The notes under the pieces were generated by a model, which was given only the letters and a program-made list of their open reading frames with translations, was not told where the DNA came from and searched no databases. DNA of 63,323 bases, filler included, from Olpidium bornovanus S191 (lineage: Eukaryota; Fungi; Olpidiomycota), in NCBI GenBank assembly GCA_017911155.1. It is 30 parts of 30 records of this genome, joined end to end, with 100 filler letters (N's around TTAATTAATTAA, not from the genome) between each part and the next. Parts side by side here need not be neighbours in the genome. Positions count along the whole stretch, not along the records: positions 1 to 3,296 come from JAEFCI010006655.1; positions 3,397 to 4,830 come from JAEFCI010003812.1; positions 4,931 to 8,165 come from JAEFCI010002927.1; positions 8,266 to 9,747 come from JAEFCI010001431.1; positions 9,848 to 12,332 come from JAEFCI010010468.1; positions 12,433 to 14,253 come from JAEFCI010004842.1; 24 more parts are not named here. One strand, 5' to 3'. Shown here one piece after another: positions 1 to 12,601 of this stretch. Position 1 is the stretch's first letter. Each line of letters begins with the position of its first letter. Both the position numbers and the translations under genes were made by a program.

Positions 1-3000
1 CATGCCGAACGTTCGAGAGATTGCCCGTTCGGACTCTCCGACCTACGAAAAGAACAGACGGACAGTGCGGGGGCCGGATCGGTGGGCAAGCGCACTCTGG
101 GTTTGCGGCACACGCGGGAGCGTGCGGCGGCCAACCATAACTAACAAATTTCGGTTTACCTCGCCTTTGATGAGATCGGGGATAAATATGGGCAAAAAAT
201 TCGCGTCGGACTCCGTAGCGACTGCTTTGGCCAGCAGAGTTTTACCCGTTCCCGGTGGCCCGTAGCTGCGATCGGTGCCAGTCGTAACAGGAGTTGAAAA
301 ATCCAGAATAAATAGCAAAAAGAAAGAAAAATTAGTTGTCGTCAACTCAAAATTCACGGCATGCGAGATCTTGGAGACCATGTGCCATTTTCAAGACAAA
401 CCGGAATTCGAATTCGGAAAAAAAACTTACAGGAGGACCCCTTTCGAGGGTTTTATCCTCAGCCGCCGAAACGCCGCGTTGTACCTGCATAACCATAGGA
501 CTGATTCTTCCAGTGCCGCCTTCCCGGAAGTTGTCAGGGTTTGAAACAAAAGAGAAATTGACTGCCGCGTGGGGCTGGTCTCTCACTCCGGGGCAGCCAA
601 TGTACCTTCGCGTTCTGCAGTCCTCCGACTTCGGACCAGCGGACGGGTTCCGGTTTCCGCGCCGAGGCGGCCGCTTGGCCTAGTCCGGCAGCACGGACGT
701 CGGCAAATGCCCGCGCGAAGTCGTCAGGCGCCGCTGTGCGCAGACAATTGCGCAAAATTGGACCCGCGGATGGCGAATATGCTGTCAGCACCCGATATTT
801 ACAAAAGATCCAAAATATGGGCTCCGCAAAGAGCGGGCTTTCTGGCCGACGTTACCGTGTCGCCGTCCCTTGACGGCGGCGATATCGGCGGCCGCCCTGC
901 AAAGCGCCGCTACGTCCGCCGGCGTGTAGCCGTGACACCTGTCGGCGATCTCCTGCATGTCCTTTGGATCGCAACGTGCCAAAACCAGTTCGCAGCACCG
1001 CCGCAAGACGCAGAGACGCTGAGCAGGTGCAGGTGTTTCCAGGGATATCGTGTCCTGAGAGAGTCCCGCGGAGAGATTTTTTTACGTTTGAGACGGATCG
1101 GTGTACGGCATGATTTCTGCGAATGATTGCAAGTGCGCGACACGCACAGAAACAGCGCGAAGAACGTCTGCATTGATGTCGCGGAGCTCTTCCGTAACCA
1201 GCAACTGGACAGGAAGAGCAAGTTTCCAAATCGTAAACTCGTACGACGTGGCAACGGGAGTCGTTCTTTCGCATGTGCCTGAAGTCGCGTCAAAAAACAG
1301 CACTCCACCCACGAAAAGGGTTTTCCCGGCAGGACCTCCACGTCTCCGAAGAATGCTGAGCAACAAGTGCTGTTCTCTGGTGTACTCGCCATCACGTGGA
1401 AAGAACTCCTCGGCTCGATCAATAACAACTGAAGCAATGCAACTCGGAAACGTCAACGCACTCCCAAAGATGGTGCCCCTCCGCCGGAGGGGGAACCGGG
1501 AAGCCCGTGTAAACGGTGGTGCATGGCGAGCACTCACGGACTGAGGGTTCACGTTCTGCAGCCGACAAATGGTTCCGGAAACCTTTGAAGATATCTCCAG
1601 CGAATTTTGAAGCCACGGTTCCGGCATTCAACACGACTTTCTATCCGCATACAGGAAAATTACGCGACACTCGCCATCGTACGATATCACGACTTCTGCA
1701 GCTAATGTCACGAAGTGCGAAAAAGCCTACCCAGACTCCAAATGTGCGGCAAAGCAAGTCAATGGCGAACGTTTTCCCTGCGCCGCATTTGCGGAAAGCG
1801 GGGGCGAGACCGCGAACTCAGTTGTGATTCGACTGAATGGATCCTAACTGGAAAACGGACAGCACGATGCTAACCTATCCCGGATGGACCGGTCACGGCT
1901 GCCGCCCGGCCGGCTACATTTCGTACGATATCACCGCCGACGCCTACGTAGGACTCAGGAATAAACAAGAGAGAAAACAACTGTTCTAAACTGGCAGAGA
2001 TGAGAAACAAACGATTCTGGTCAAAACGGACGGTCAAAACCCAAATTCAAATTGGCGTTGTCCGTCGACATTATTACGAGAGAATAACGTCAAATTTCTT
2101 CAGGAAAGTATAGCATACCACTCGCCAGCACTACCGTAACAATAACTTAGGTAACTTTTTGTTTCTTCAACTTCTGCTTGGTTCGGCTTAGAAGGCATTT
2201 CATAACCAGATTCCACGACGTCGATGACCGTATTTTCCACGCATAAACTCGAACCACCACATTCAGTGACACCATTTTCGTTGCAGAGGACATCGAGGAC
2301 CTCAAAGTCGGATAATGTTCCGTTGCGCAGCGGAACGGGTATTTTGGCGCCTTTTTTCAGCGGCCTGTGCATAAGCCTTTTGCTTAAGGATCTTAATGGA
2401 GGAAGAGGGACCTCGTCAAATGTACACTCCGCAGAACTGCCGTTGGCGACAGAAAGCGGAGGTCTCAAGAGCACGCGGGTCGCCACCGGAAGTTCCAATG
2501 CCGAGATGAGACAGAGACAAACCTGTAAAAACGGACTGATGGTCAGCGGAGCTCAAAGATCGCAAGTGATAGGATAGGATAGGTAATTGAAAAGCGAACA
2601 CGGATGGCGACAGGATTTTTTACTTGGCGGCCTTCCTCCACGTTCCGTTCTCCCAGTATGTCAGCCGCCGGCGCCCAGTCCAAGAGGACCCACTGTCCGT
2701 CGTCATCGTCGTTGGCTTTCCCTTCCGGCGGCTGTTGCTGCGTCCTCGCGGTACTCCGGCGGTCGCTTCGCGGAGAAGGAAAAGCGGCACCAACGCTTTT
2801 CAGATCTTCCCTAGCTTCTTCGGGCCCGCCTCGGCCGTCCGCCGTCAATCCCACGAACGCGCCGGCGGTTCCTGGGGGAAACTCCGCGGGCTGCAGGTAG
2901 AAGAGGGTGCCTGCCGCGAGCGCCGACACGATGCGCGCTCGCGCCGCGGACGACACCACCGCCGTCGGCAGCGGCGAACTGTTTAAAATCGACCGGTTCG

Positions 3001-3178
3001 CCTTCCCGTTAACAGGGACAGCGCCGACGGTTTGGGCGCGGGCGGCCGAAAGCTTCGGAGGCAGCCGTAGGGTGAGGGCGAGCGTGGCCAGCAGCCGGGG
3101 GCGGCATCCGAGTCCTTCGTCCAGCGGCCCCCTTGCTTCGCGAACTTCGTGGTCGGCCCGCGGCGCGCGAGGTTCCAT
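1..3178 (-). CDS. Type II AAA+ ATPase, AFG2/SPATA5/CDC48 family; multi-exon, 3' truncated, start uncertain
   Basis: Hand-spliced exons give D1 Walker A VTGPSGI|GKT (about 1880/1775), a Walker-B-like VVIDRAE, lid [16 protein letters not shown] (785-1006), and D2 [14 protein letters not shown] ... LEESVLW...KPSKGVLL|[19 protein letters not shown] (intron 430-266) ... KGE|[13 protein letters not shown]-domain-like exons lie at 2100-3178. Confidence 0.8.
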
Positions 3179-3296
3179 GGTTTTGTAACGCCGTCTTTCT
3201 GTGCACTCGGCTTCCAGCCCGTTGAACCTCTCCACACCTCGCCGGACACGGGCACAGACACTTTCGACACTCGAGACAGACGGATCAAGGCCCTGA

Positions 3297-3396
3297 NNNN
3301 NNNNNNNNNNNNNNNNNNNNNNNNNNNNNNNNNNNNNNNNTTAATTAATTAANNNNNNNNNNNNNNNNNNNNNNNNNNNNNNNNNNNNNNNNNNNN
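3297..3396. other. Artificial contig spacer (first of 29 identical ones): N44-TTAATTAATTAA-N44
   Basis: The same 100-nt block recurs throughout (e.g. 4831-4930, 8166-8265, 9748-9847 ... 61956-62055). TTAATTAATTAA puts stops in all six frames, a standard pseudomolecule linker. Confidence 0.99.
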
Positions 3397-4344
3397 AAGC
3401 CAGTCAAGATCTCCAGTGCCTTCCGAAAAGATCCGCTCTGCAATAAGACCTTTTGGGTATCCGGCGAGCTTCCGTTGTCTTTGTGCGCCGGCGCCAAGAA
3501 CGAGAACGCCTGCCGTGTCACCAGCAGGACTGTTTTTGGGTCCAGCCCGTCCACCATCTGCTGCAGCTTCGGCCGGAAGGTCCCTCTCTGCACCGCTGCT
3601 CGTCAGTCCCGCTACCATGGATGCCGCACCCGACCGCTGAGAGAACCTCCGAACTTGCAGACGTACGCTCAATTTCCACTGCATGAGCCTCGAGAGTTCT
3701 TCGCCCGTCATGTAGGCGCCTTCCGAAGCCCTTCCCACCAGCGCCGCCGGCAGTTCATCTTGAAACCTGGAGCCGTCAGGGAAACGCGGCCGGCCGTCAG
3801 CGCCGCAAACGGCGGTTTTTCTCGCGGAAGCGACCGCTCCTTTCCAGTTGGGACGTGAGCAACCCGAGTCAAATCCCTCTAACCAGTGGTCTAGCTCCAG
3901 AAGCTTTTCCTTGTCCTTAACGCTCCGTTTCCCCGAGGCGATGCGTTCCAGGATGCGCGGGTACAGCCGCAGCGCGTCCCGCCAGCGAGACGCGTCCCGC
4001 GTCTCGTTCACGAGCGGCGGCCGGCCGGAGCCCGGAGGCTGCGTCCGCTGCTTCTTCGCGAAAGGAGCGGAGACGCCCGGGTCCCTCGACGCCGTCAAGG
4101 CCTTTGAGGAGGAGTCGGAGGCCGAGGCGTGGTCGTCGGCGGCTTTTTCTTTCCTCTTGGCACCGCGGGTCGAAGACGCCTTGCCGACTTCGGACCGGGC
4201 CTCGCGGCCGCCCTCCGCCGGCGGCGCTTCTCCTCTTCCCGCCGCCTGTGCCGCTGCACCTGCCGTCGCCGACCGCGCGGCTGCAGCGGGGTCCGCAGAC
4301 GGAGGTGCGCCCGCCGCGCCCGCCGCGTTCCTCTTCTGTGTCAT
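3397..4344 (-). CDS. Uncharacterised HhH/DNA-glycosylase-like family protein with basic low-complexity N-terminus; 3' truncated
   Basis: Two GT-AG introns join LLELDHW|FQDELPAAL...YMTGEELSRLMQWKLS|RGTFRPKLQQMV...VTRQAF, the LD.W...ELP...L..LM.WKL.RG.FRP.L signature. ATG at 4344; the frame is open further upstream. Confidence 0.7.
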
Positions 4345-4995
4345 GGGAAAGCGCCGGGAACTGGGGCCGATTTTACCCGCTTTCTTTCTGCCCGCCGCGG
4401 GCGAGAAAGAGGGCGAAACCTCTTCCCGAGCGCTACAGCTCGCGTCTTTCCCGCGGCGGAGGGTAGCCGGCAAGCCGCCGCCGCCGCCAAGCCCCGGGCC
4501 CGAATTGATGGTTATCGCGGCTGTGGCGTGTCCCAAGTGTCAACACGGCTTACCCGTGGCGGGGCACTTCAGAGTTTGTGACCCGACCAGGGCCCGGAAT
4601 AGGAAGGAAGGGATGAAAGGTGACGCGAACGCGACCCTGCCTGCTTCAGAAGCGCTTTGACCTGGTTCCCTCAGCCGCACGGCCGCCCGACTCGGGCCCG
4701 GCTAGATGTTGACTTTGATTTGCGCCGCAGACATCACGGATTGAGGGCGTGCAAAAGCACATCCCGGCATCGTTGATCTTCCCAAAGATAACGCCTCCTT
4801 TTTTTCTACCCTGGTGCCCGCGCAACCATGNNNNNNNNNNNNNNNNNNNNNNNNNNNNNNNNNNNNNNNNNNNNTTAATTAATTAANNNNNNNNNNNNNN
4901 NNNNNNNNNNNNNNNNNNNNNNNNNNNNNNGCATGCTTCCTTTGTTTGTGTGCTGTTGTTCGGCATCTGCGTGGTCTTTCGCTGACGTTTCCATT

Positions 4996-6368
4996 TCACG
5001 CGAGCAGCTTCTCGTGGTTGGCATACCTCTTGTACGCCGGCCGCGCCAGGCAATTGTTCGCCACCTTGATGTCAAAGTTGATATCGCTAATGAGTGCGTC
5101 TACGAAAAAAAAAAAAATAAAAAAAAAGACGGCGCCGTTTTTTCCCGCGGTCAAGTTAATCAGGCGGGCAGGGGAGGAGTCGGGAGAGAAGATGCAGCGG
5201 CAATCCCCAAGCGAATCATTGCCCACCCGGCCCACGCGGGGGTCCGGGCAAAAAAGCGAAGCAGCCAGCGAAAAGGCGCCCCTCCCTTCAGCTTGTGACC
5301 GACCCTCACCTAGAGTGGTATAATCCAGCTCTGGCCGGATGTAGCCGAGAACCGCCACGGCGAGCCGCGCGCCGTAGAAGTCGGCCTTGAACTCGTGCAT
5401 TATGTGGACCTCCTGGAAATACGTGTGCGCGGGGCCCCATATCGCGGGTCACCAAAAAAAAACCTCCCGCGGGGATGACGGAGAGATTTGGTTGGTGCAA
5501 TCAGCTTCCCTCGGAGGGGTTTTTCGCCGCATGCAAATCCCGGTTGATTTATACCAACCGCCGACCTCTTCTCGTTCTTGTAGTACGGGTTCCAGCCGAC
5601 GCTCATCACCATCGGGTACACCACGCCTTCGTCGTCGCCCAGGACCGCCGCATCTTTCACTTGCGAAACCCGCGCCCAGCCGTAGTAAACGCCCGTCGCC
5701 AGCCGCTCGAGTTGCGAGACGACCTCCTCTGGAAGGTTCGCTGGGAGGGAGCGGTTTTTGTAGTTGTGCCGTTTGCGGTACCATCGCGCGCACGGCGAGA
5801 GAGGGGGAATAGGATGGGGGCCGGGAAAGTGTGGAGGGGTGGGGGAGAGGGGTTAGACCGAAAGAACGTGCGTTTGAGGCGGCGCTTCACCGTTCGAAGA
5901 CTCAACCCGAAGTGGTTTTACAGTTTTTTTTTTGTTTTTTTTTTTCTCGCCCGATAGGGGCCAGTTTTTTTTCTCCCGTTGGAAGGAGCTCAGGAAGGAC
6001 CAGCGTAGAGCGGCGGATGGCAGCAGGCAAAACCGGACGAAGCCGCGCGGAGGCCGCGCGCGAGGGTCGCGTGGAGGCGACGAAGGACGGTGGCGGAGAG
6101 AGGGTGGGAGATGTGGGGGTGGGGAAAGCCGGTTGTCCTTGTCCCCGGTTTCGTTCCGTCGTTTCGGCGCATCCTTTTCTTTTCCTCCCTTACCGGTCGG
6201 GATCCCGAGCTCCCTGCTGCCCCGGCCGAAGCCCCGCACGACCTCCCCGGCAACGAACAGGGGGAAGGGCTCCTCCGGGGCGTCTGGGCCAACCAACCGC
6301 GGGCGCTGGGCGTGCGCGGCGGCGGGCTGGGCTGCGGCGGCAGCGGCGGCGTCCTCCGCTTGGGCCAT
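4996..6368 (-). CDS. FMN1: Riboflavin kinase
   Basis: Spliced [18 protein letters not shown]|ANL...GVYYGWA...[18 protein letters not shown]|[26 protein letters not shown]...|[11 protein letters not shown]; 4 exons with GT-AG introns. Confidence 0.95.
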
Positions 6369-6485
6369 TTGCCGGGGGAATGGGGAAGGCGGCGACGGCG
6401 GCGGGGGTGGGGTCGGTCCACGGAAGCCCAGGGGCTCTTTCCGAGCGCGCGCGCGCGTGTGTGTGGGGGGGGGGGGGGGGAGGGG

Positions 6486-6517
<32 letters not shown>

Positions 6518-7095
6518 CCTGTTTTCGGGTTGCGCGTAAACGCAACAAGACCCCCCCGGTCGGGGGCCAGGCGCTCTGAGAAAAGGACGACGGCGGCCCG
6601 CTTACCAGAACGCTGGCGTCAAAACCGGGCCCAACCCTGCTTTGCCGCTCGTCGCTTGTCGTCGCACCGACGGCGCGTGCTCCCGTAACAAGCCGAAGGT
6701 CTCGGGCGCACGGCGGCAGCAGCGCGTGGTCAGAGATGCGTGTGCGCGGACGGCGGCGGGGCCCCGCCCCGCGCTTACAGACCGCGGGCGGAATATCCGG
6801 CGGACTTGCCCGCCGCTGACCCGCGCGCATTTTTCCAGTCTGGAGGCGCACAGTAAAACGCCCCGGGACAAAAGCGCCGGGACGCGCCTGCTTCGAGGAA
6901 CAGACATCGTTCGCTCACGTCTGTCGGGGAGGGGAGGTTCCGCGGCCGGAAAAAATACTAATGTCCGGGTGGGTAAAGAATTCGCGCCGGGAAAAAATTT
7001 AAAAAAAGACGGTGTAAAGCCGACGGTGAAATTGGGGGGGCGGGTAGTTTTAACCGTCAAAACGCGCGCGTGCGTAACGTTCCCCCTCCCTGGCC

Positions 7096-8165
7096 CTACA
7101 ACGCGGCTAGTTCTGCCGTGTGGCCGATTTCGTCCTTCAGGAGCGCCGCGATGTAGTCTTGGCGGTCGATCGCCATGGTGACCATCTCGGGCCTGTCAGA
7201 TATCATCTGCATCAAGATGAACTTGAGGATCATGACGGCGTTCTTTTCGGCGAGGGAAGGCCGGAACGGACGGCGGTCGAAAGCAAACCAAAAGCAGGGC
7301 GGAAAGAATAACACCGGTAATAATATTACCAACTATCTCTTTCCCACCTCCCGCCCTCGCCCCCCATCACCCCGACCTTTTGGGCACTCTCGGACGGAAA
7401 AAAATAGGAAAATATAAAAAATAAAAAGGCAAACGCAACGCGTGCGCGCGAGAGCCCCTCGCCCACGCACCGCACCTGAAAAAATAGGACGAACGCGAGC
7501 CTGACCACGAGGTGAGGTACTCCCGCGATGGGAGCGGGGTCCGGTTCCAGGAGGGTCGCCAGCCACCGATCCGCGACGGTGCTTTGAAACGCGATCATCC
7601 ACGCGTTCGTCGGCACCGCCACCCACGACACCACCTCGAGGATGTCCTGCCACTTGCCGATGTTCTGCGCTCGCCGCGCGACGGGCCTCTGCACTCGCTT
7701 GAGCAACTTGGTCTGCGTGCCGCGCGAAGCGTGCGGCCCACGGGACCGTCAATAAAAACAAAAAAAAAGAACACCAAGGCACGATGCGCCTATCTGAAAT
7801 CCGGCCTGGGTCACGTCGGAGCCCCTACCGCATCGGACCTGACTTCCACCAAGTTAGATATCAACGCGAGCAGCGGCGCCAGCGGAAACGCCGGAACGAA
7901 CAGCGTTATGAACCTGTCAGAATGCCGCCCCGCCCCACCTTCATGTCAGCAACCTTTTGAACACGACGAAAACAGCAGAAGGGGAAGGGGGGGGGAGGAA
8001 GAACTCTGACCCGAACTGCACGACTTCTCGAAGTCAGAAATCAGCATGGTTTTTCCAATAGGCCGCGGAACCTCAAAAAGCAGTAAAAAAAGGAGAGGAT
8101 GGGTGGGTCAGGCGGAGATGAATGCTTTGCGGGTACTACGCACCCATACTGTCGTACTCCTCAAA
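7096..8165 (-). CDS. Anoctamin/TMEM16 family protein, C-terminal part (5' truncated)
   Basis: FEEYDSM|VVQFG|[28 protein letters not shown] ... [35 protein letters not shown] ... stop at 7096. Confidence 0.88.
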
Positions 8166-9190
8166 NNNNNNNNNNNNNNNNNNNNNNNNNNNNNNNNNNN
8201 NNNNNNNNNTTAATTAATTAANNNNNNNNNNNNNNNNNNNNNNNNNNNNNNNNNNNNNNNNNNNNCATGGCTGCACCAGACGTCCCGATCGTGCCAAGGC
8301 AAGTCGGTCCCGATCGTGCCAAGACAAGTCGTCTTCGGTTGTGACAAGACCGTACAGCCGATGTTCCTGGGCAGATGCGACGTAAAAAAAAAAAAAATTG
8401 CGGTGGTGTGTCACGGGCGCACCGTCAAAAGCCAGCTTTCCCACAGCACGGCAATCAGCGGGACGATCGCCGACGGGTGCTGTGGAGTCAAACCCCGCCG
8501 ATGACTTCTCTTCTCAAAGGCCCCTGATCCCCCGCGAGCTGGCGGTCAAGCGGAGGGCCCCCGCCAGCACCACAAATGTGCCAAAAGGTACTGGGTTTAA
8601 GAACAGCAACAGTGAGAAAAGGAAGTATAAGTTCAAATTTTGTAATCTTGTAATTATACACCATTTATTATACCTAATTAATAACAACTTGATTAATAAT
8701 CAATCAATTCATATATAGTTACTACATAATTTATATAGAAGTAATAATGTATTTAGAGGACCAATGCAAAAGGCAACCGTGAACAGTGGTTTTGAAGAAG
8801 AAGAGCACTTGCCATTGATCCCCCATCGACTCCCGGGTTCACACTGTGCAGCCAATGAGTTTTCTATGCTGCAGAGCGCCGGTATTTGTCTGTCCTAGAG
8901 AGGCACGCGCGAAGCAAACAGTACCCAGTCGATTGACACACTGATGGGATGCGGCGGCGTGATGATGGTCCTTCAGCTGGCTCCCACAGCTGGAACGGCG
9001 TAATAATTGGCAGTCCCTGAGGACAGGGGTGAGGCTGCACGGTTGGGGGTCTGTGACGCGGGCGTGAATGGGCGCGCTGCCGAGGGAACGCTCCCTACGA
9101 GACTGAATCTGGGTCGCCATCCGCCGATGCGGCTGTGGGGACAAAACGACCGTTGAGTGATCTGCTTTTGTCTTCTTCATTAGGGCGGCA

Positions 9191-9700
9191 AGGGGAAGAA
9201 CACGTTGGCGGGGTTTGACGGCGCCGCGCAGCGCGACGCGTGGTTGAAAGGGCGAGAACAAGGCCGAAACAAAACGAATGGGCAAAAAAAAAACGCAGGA
9301 AGTTTCGCGGAAGCTTTTCCGGGGTGGGTGGGAAGAAAACAAGGAGCTGGAGAGCTCTCGCGCTGGTGACGCGTTTCGACGGCTTGAAAGCACAATTCCA
9401 ACGACGAGGCCAACGGCGCAGGTGGGGAAGGGGGGGAACACGTTGAATTGAATTTGACGGCGCTTCCGCAGCGCGACGCGGGGATTTAAAGGGCGAGAAA
9501 AAAAAAAGGCGGGACAAAAACGAGAGGCGAGAACCGTAGGAAGTTTCGCGGGCGCTTCCCGGGGGGAAAATGAGAGCGAGGAGCGAGAGGTCTCTCGCGC
9601 CGGTAGACGCCACCGCATTTCTCTGTCATGTTGCCTTCCGATGCCAATTTCCGAAGGCAACAGTCCCAACGGCGAGGCCAACGACGCAGGAGACGGGGGA
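9191..9700. repeat. Degenerate tandem duplication, about 240-270 bp unit, 2 copies
   Basis: Collinear anchors: AACACGTTG 9199/9437, GACGGCGC 9217/9456, AGGAAGTTTCGCGG 9297/9538, GAGGCCAACG 9406/9674. Confidence 0.8.
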
Positions 9701-10334
9701 CGGAGCCAAAAAGCTCCCGTTCCATTTGCCTATGTCTTGCGAGTTCGNNNNNNNNNNNNNNNNNNNNNNNNNNNNNNNNNNNNNNNNNNNNTTAATTAAT
9801 TAANNNNNNNNNNNNNNNNNNNNNNNNNNNNNNNNNNNNNNNNNNNNGCATGACGCGATGATCGTTTTTCGAGCGTCGGAAATCCGCCGCCTGCCCCGCT
9901 GCGCCGCTTTCGCAGGCAGGGTGTCAACCGCCAATCCTCAAACGTTCTTTTTTTTGTTTTCGTCACTGTCACGCCGGCCCTATCGCCGGCGAGCATCCCA
10001 GGCCGTGGCATTTTGATTCGCCGTTAGTCCTCGCCGTCGCGCGGATGCGTCTCGACGTGGTAAAATAATATGTCAAGGGTGCTGCCTTTTTGATTCCCCA
10101 CCTCCCCCCCCCCCTACCCCCAACCGTCCCAGGTGACTGTTTCGCCACGCCGGATTTTCATCTTTGAGTGGCGGTTCGGCGCAAACAAAGATTGCAAGGG
10201 CCTCCCTTCCGTCTTCGCACGGTTCCATGCGATCGCGCGCTTCCGGAAGACAGCAGCAAGAAGCCCGACGGCACACACAATCGTAAATCGTAAATAGGGC
10301 GCGCTGGGGCATGCATGAACCGAAAAATAAAAGC

Positions 10335-11935
10335 CTACGCCTTTTTTCCGACAGCTTGCACCAGTGCGGCGTTGCTCACGGCATACACCGTGGCGCACGC
10401 GTCCGTGACCTGCTCTGTGAGCTACAGGCGTGACGGAACAGCCCCGAGGGCGGGCCGGAAAAACTCTCGTCAGGGATTCGGCGGCGCGAACACGGCACGG
10501 CGGCAGAAAAAAAGAGGGCGCTTACCCTTTCCGCGAGGCCGGTTTCCAGTTCGCCGGACATGACCACGTGCGTCACCTCGTCCAGCGACGGCATATACGA
10601 GATCATCATCCACGCGGCATGATCACGTTCCTCGTCTTCCGTGGCGTCCAGGTATATGCGGTTGCCGATCACAGACTATATCGACGAACGGCCGGTTTGA
10701 ACGAGGAAGCGAAACCCAACGCTGATGATGTCAGAGACGGACAACGTGAGCGGTATTCTAACAACCCCTCCCCCTGCCAGCCTCGAATAACCGCCCCTCC
10801 CCCCCCCCCTTCTTCATCGGAAAATACGCGGGCGCCTTGATTCCCCCGCCGGGTGGGAAGCCCGTCGATTGCATACCGCAGAGCTAGCCGCCACCATGTC
10901 CAGCATCTCGATGCCGGCATCCGCGAGCGCGACGCTGGCGCAAGTGATCGCCGCGGCCAGGCACGAAGCCATGCCGTCCGCCTCCAGCACGTCAACGTAT
11001 ATGTCTATCGACGACTTCGGCAGCAAGTCTAGCCGCACCGACGGCGCGAGGGCCTCGCGCAGCGTCGTCGAGAAATCTCGCTCTTGCGCGTCCTGCCGCG
11101 TGCATAAAAGCGTGGGCGCGCCGCGGGACGGCGAGTCAGGGGCCAAAAACGCTATCCGCGTATTTCGTCTTTTCCCCCTTTTTGGTGGCTGTCAAAACCC
11201 GCAGGAAGTCCTCGCTTTTCCCGCGCAGGAGCGGGTCCCCGCTCCTGTGAGAGCGCGACGGTGTGCAAAACCGGCAATAGCGGGCGCTCTGCGAACCGTA
11301 AACATACCCTGACGAAACCTCTTCGCTTCCGACACGCGAAAGTGGAGAAGTTGAACTCGCAGTTCAGCGTGCCGTTGCCCGAAAACCCGAATTTCGTCTT
11401 CGTTTGTCGCGGGCCGTACCTGTTGCGACGGGAAAGAGGGGAGGCCTGTAAACGCTTAATCGTTGGATGTACACGTACTTGAAAAGCGGAACATCCAGTG
11501 ACCTTTTTCGACGAACCTCCCCCCCCCCCCCTTCCACCCCCCCCTTCTCTTTCGAACCCTGCGCCCTCTTACACTGCGCAGGTGATTTTCAAGTTTTTGG
11601 CCTCGATGTACGCGGACCCGTTAGCCTGGCTGATCAACTGCGTCTTGAGGACTGGGCGAAAAGATAAAGCGTAGGTCGGCACAATCAACATTCGCAGCGG
11701 CGGGCTTGTCGGCAATTTTACCTCCGCACGATCGAAGGGGAAGCCCCTCCACCGTTTTGCCCACAGGGGGGGCGGTGTACTGGCGGTACTCACAGACTGG
11801 TCGCAGGTCGTCCAGCAACCTCCCGTCCGCTCGCTTCGCGGCAAGCTTCCGCGGCGCGGCCTGGCCGGCGTCCTCCGCGCCCCGCGTAACCGGGCTCGTG
11901 CTCGTCTCGGGCCCGACGATCCTCCGCCTGTCCAT
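10335..11935 (-). CDS. MTR3: Exosome RNase PH-like subunit Mtr3/EXOSC6
   Basis: MDRRRIVGP...R.DGR..D.LRP|...[11 protein letters not shown]...KITCAV|YGPR...|...LREAL.PSVRL.LLPKS.IDIYV.VLEADG...[22 protein letters not shown]|...LDAT.DEE...[11 protein letters not shown]...|[13 protein letters not shown]; stop at 10335. Confidence 0.9.
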
Positions 11936-12432
11936 CGTTGATGCCCTCGGTATCCAGGCTCCCGCGGCACACCCCGTCCCACCAGGCCCCGGTCCCGCCG
12001 CCGCCCCGCGCAAGGAATCGCTTGCCGCTCCCCTCTTCCGGCCCCGCTTCCCCGACGACGCCGCGTCTGCCCGCGTTCGGCCGGGGCTCTCTCTCGAACG
12101 CGGTGCCGACGCAAAGAGAAGGGCGCGGGCAGCCGAGGAGGGCGCGCTCTGGTTTGCGTTTCCGGCTGCGGGTTGTTTACGGGTTTCCAGGGCGCCCCCC
12201 CCCCCCCCCCCCCAAAACAAAAAAAAAAAAAACAAAAAAAAAAAAAAACGCTCGGGCAGGACTGGCCAACCGGCGACCACGGTAACACATTTTTTTTTGT
12301 TTTCCTTTTGATTCTTGTTGCGAACCCGTGCANNNNNNNNNNNNNNNNNNNNNNNNNNNNNNNNNNNNNNNNNNNNTTAATTAATTAANNNNNNNNNNNN
12401 NNNNNNNNNNNNNNNNNNNNNNNNNNNNNNNN

Positions 12433-12553
12433 CGGGCGTACACATCGGGCACATAGTCACGGACCGTCCCGGTCTTTACAGGCGTACACATCGGGCACAT
12501 AGTCACGGACCGTCCCGGTCTTTACGGGCGTACACATCGGGCACATAGTCACG
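12433..12553. repeat. 46-bp head-to-tail tandem repeat, about 2.6 copies, cut by contig start
   Basis: CGGGCGTACACATCGGGCACATAGTCACGGACCGTCCCGGTCTTTA at 12433, 12479 (one mismatch) and 12525 (partial); no spacers. Confidence 0.95.
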
Positions 12554-12601
12554 AACCACGAACCAGTCGTTTTATTGTCGGGTAGGAAGCCGAAGGCAGT
12601 T

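Noticed and set aside
3341-3352. TTAATTAATTAA recurring 29 times as a biological repeat or PacI-like site
   Set aside because: It is always centred in exactly 44+44 Ns, so it is an assembly linker.
12433-12553. CRISPR-like array
   Set aside because: The units are directly adjacent with no spacers, no cas genes are present, and the context is eukaryotic.
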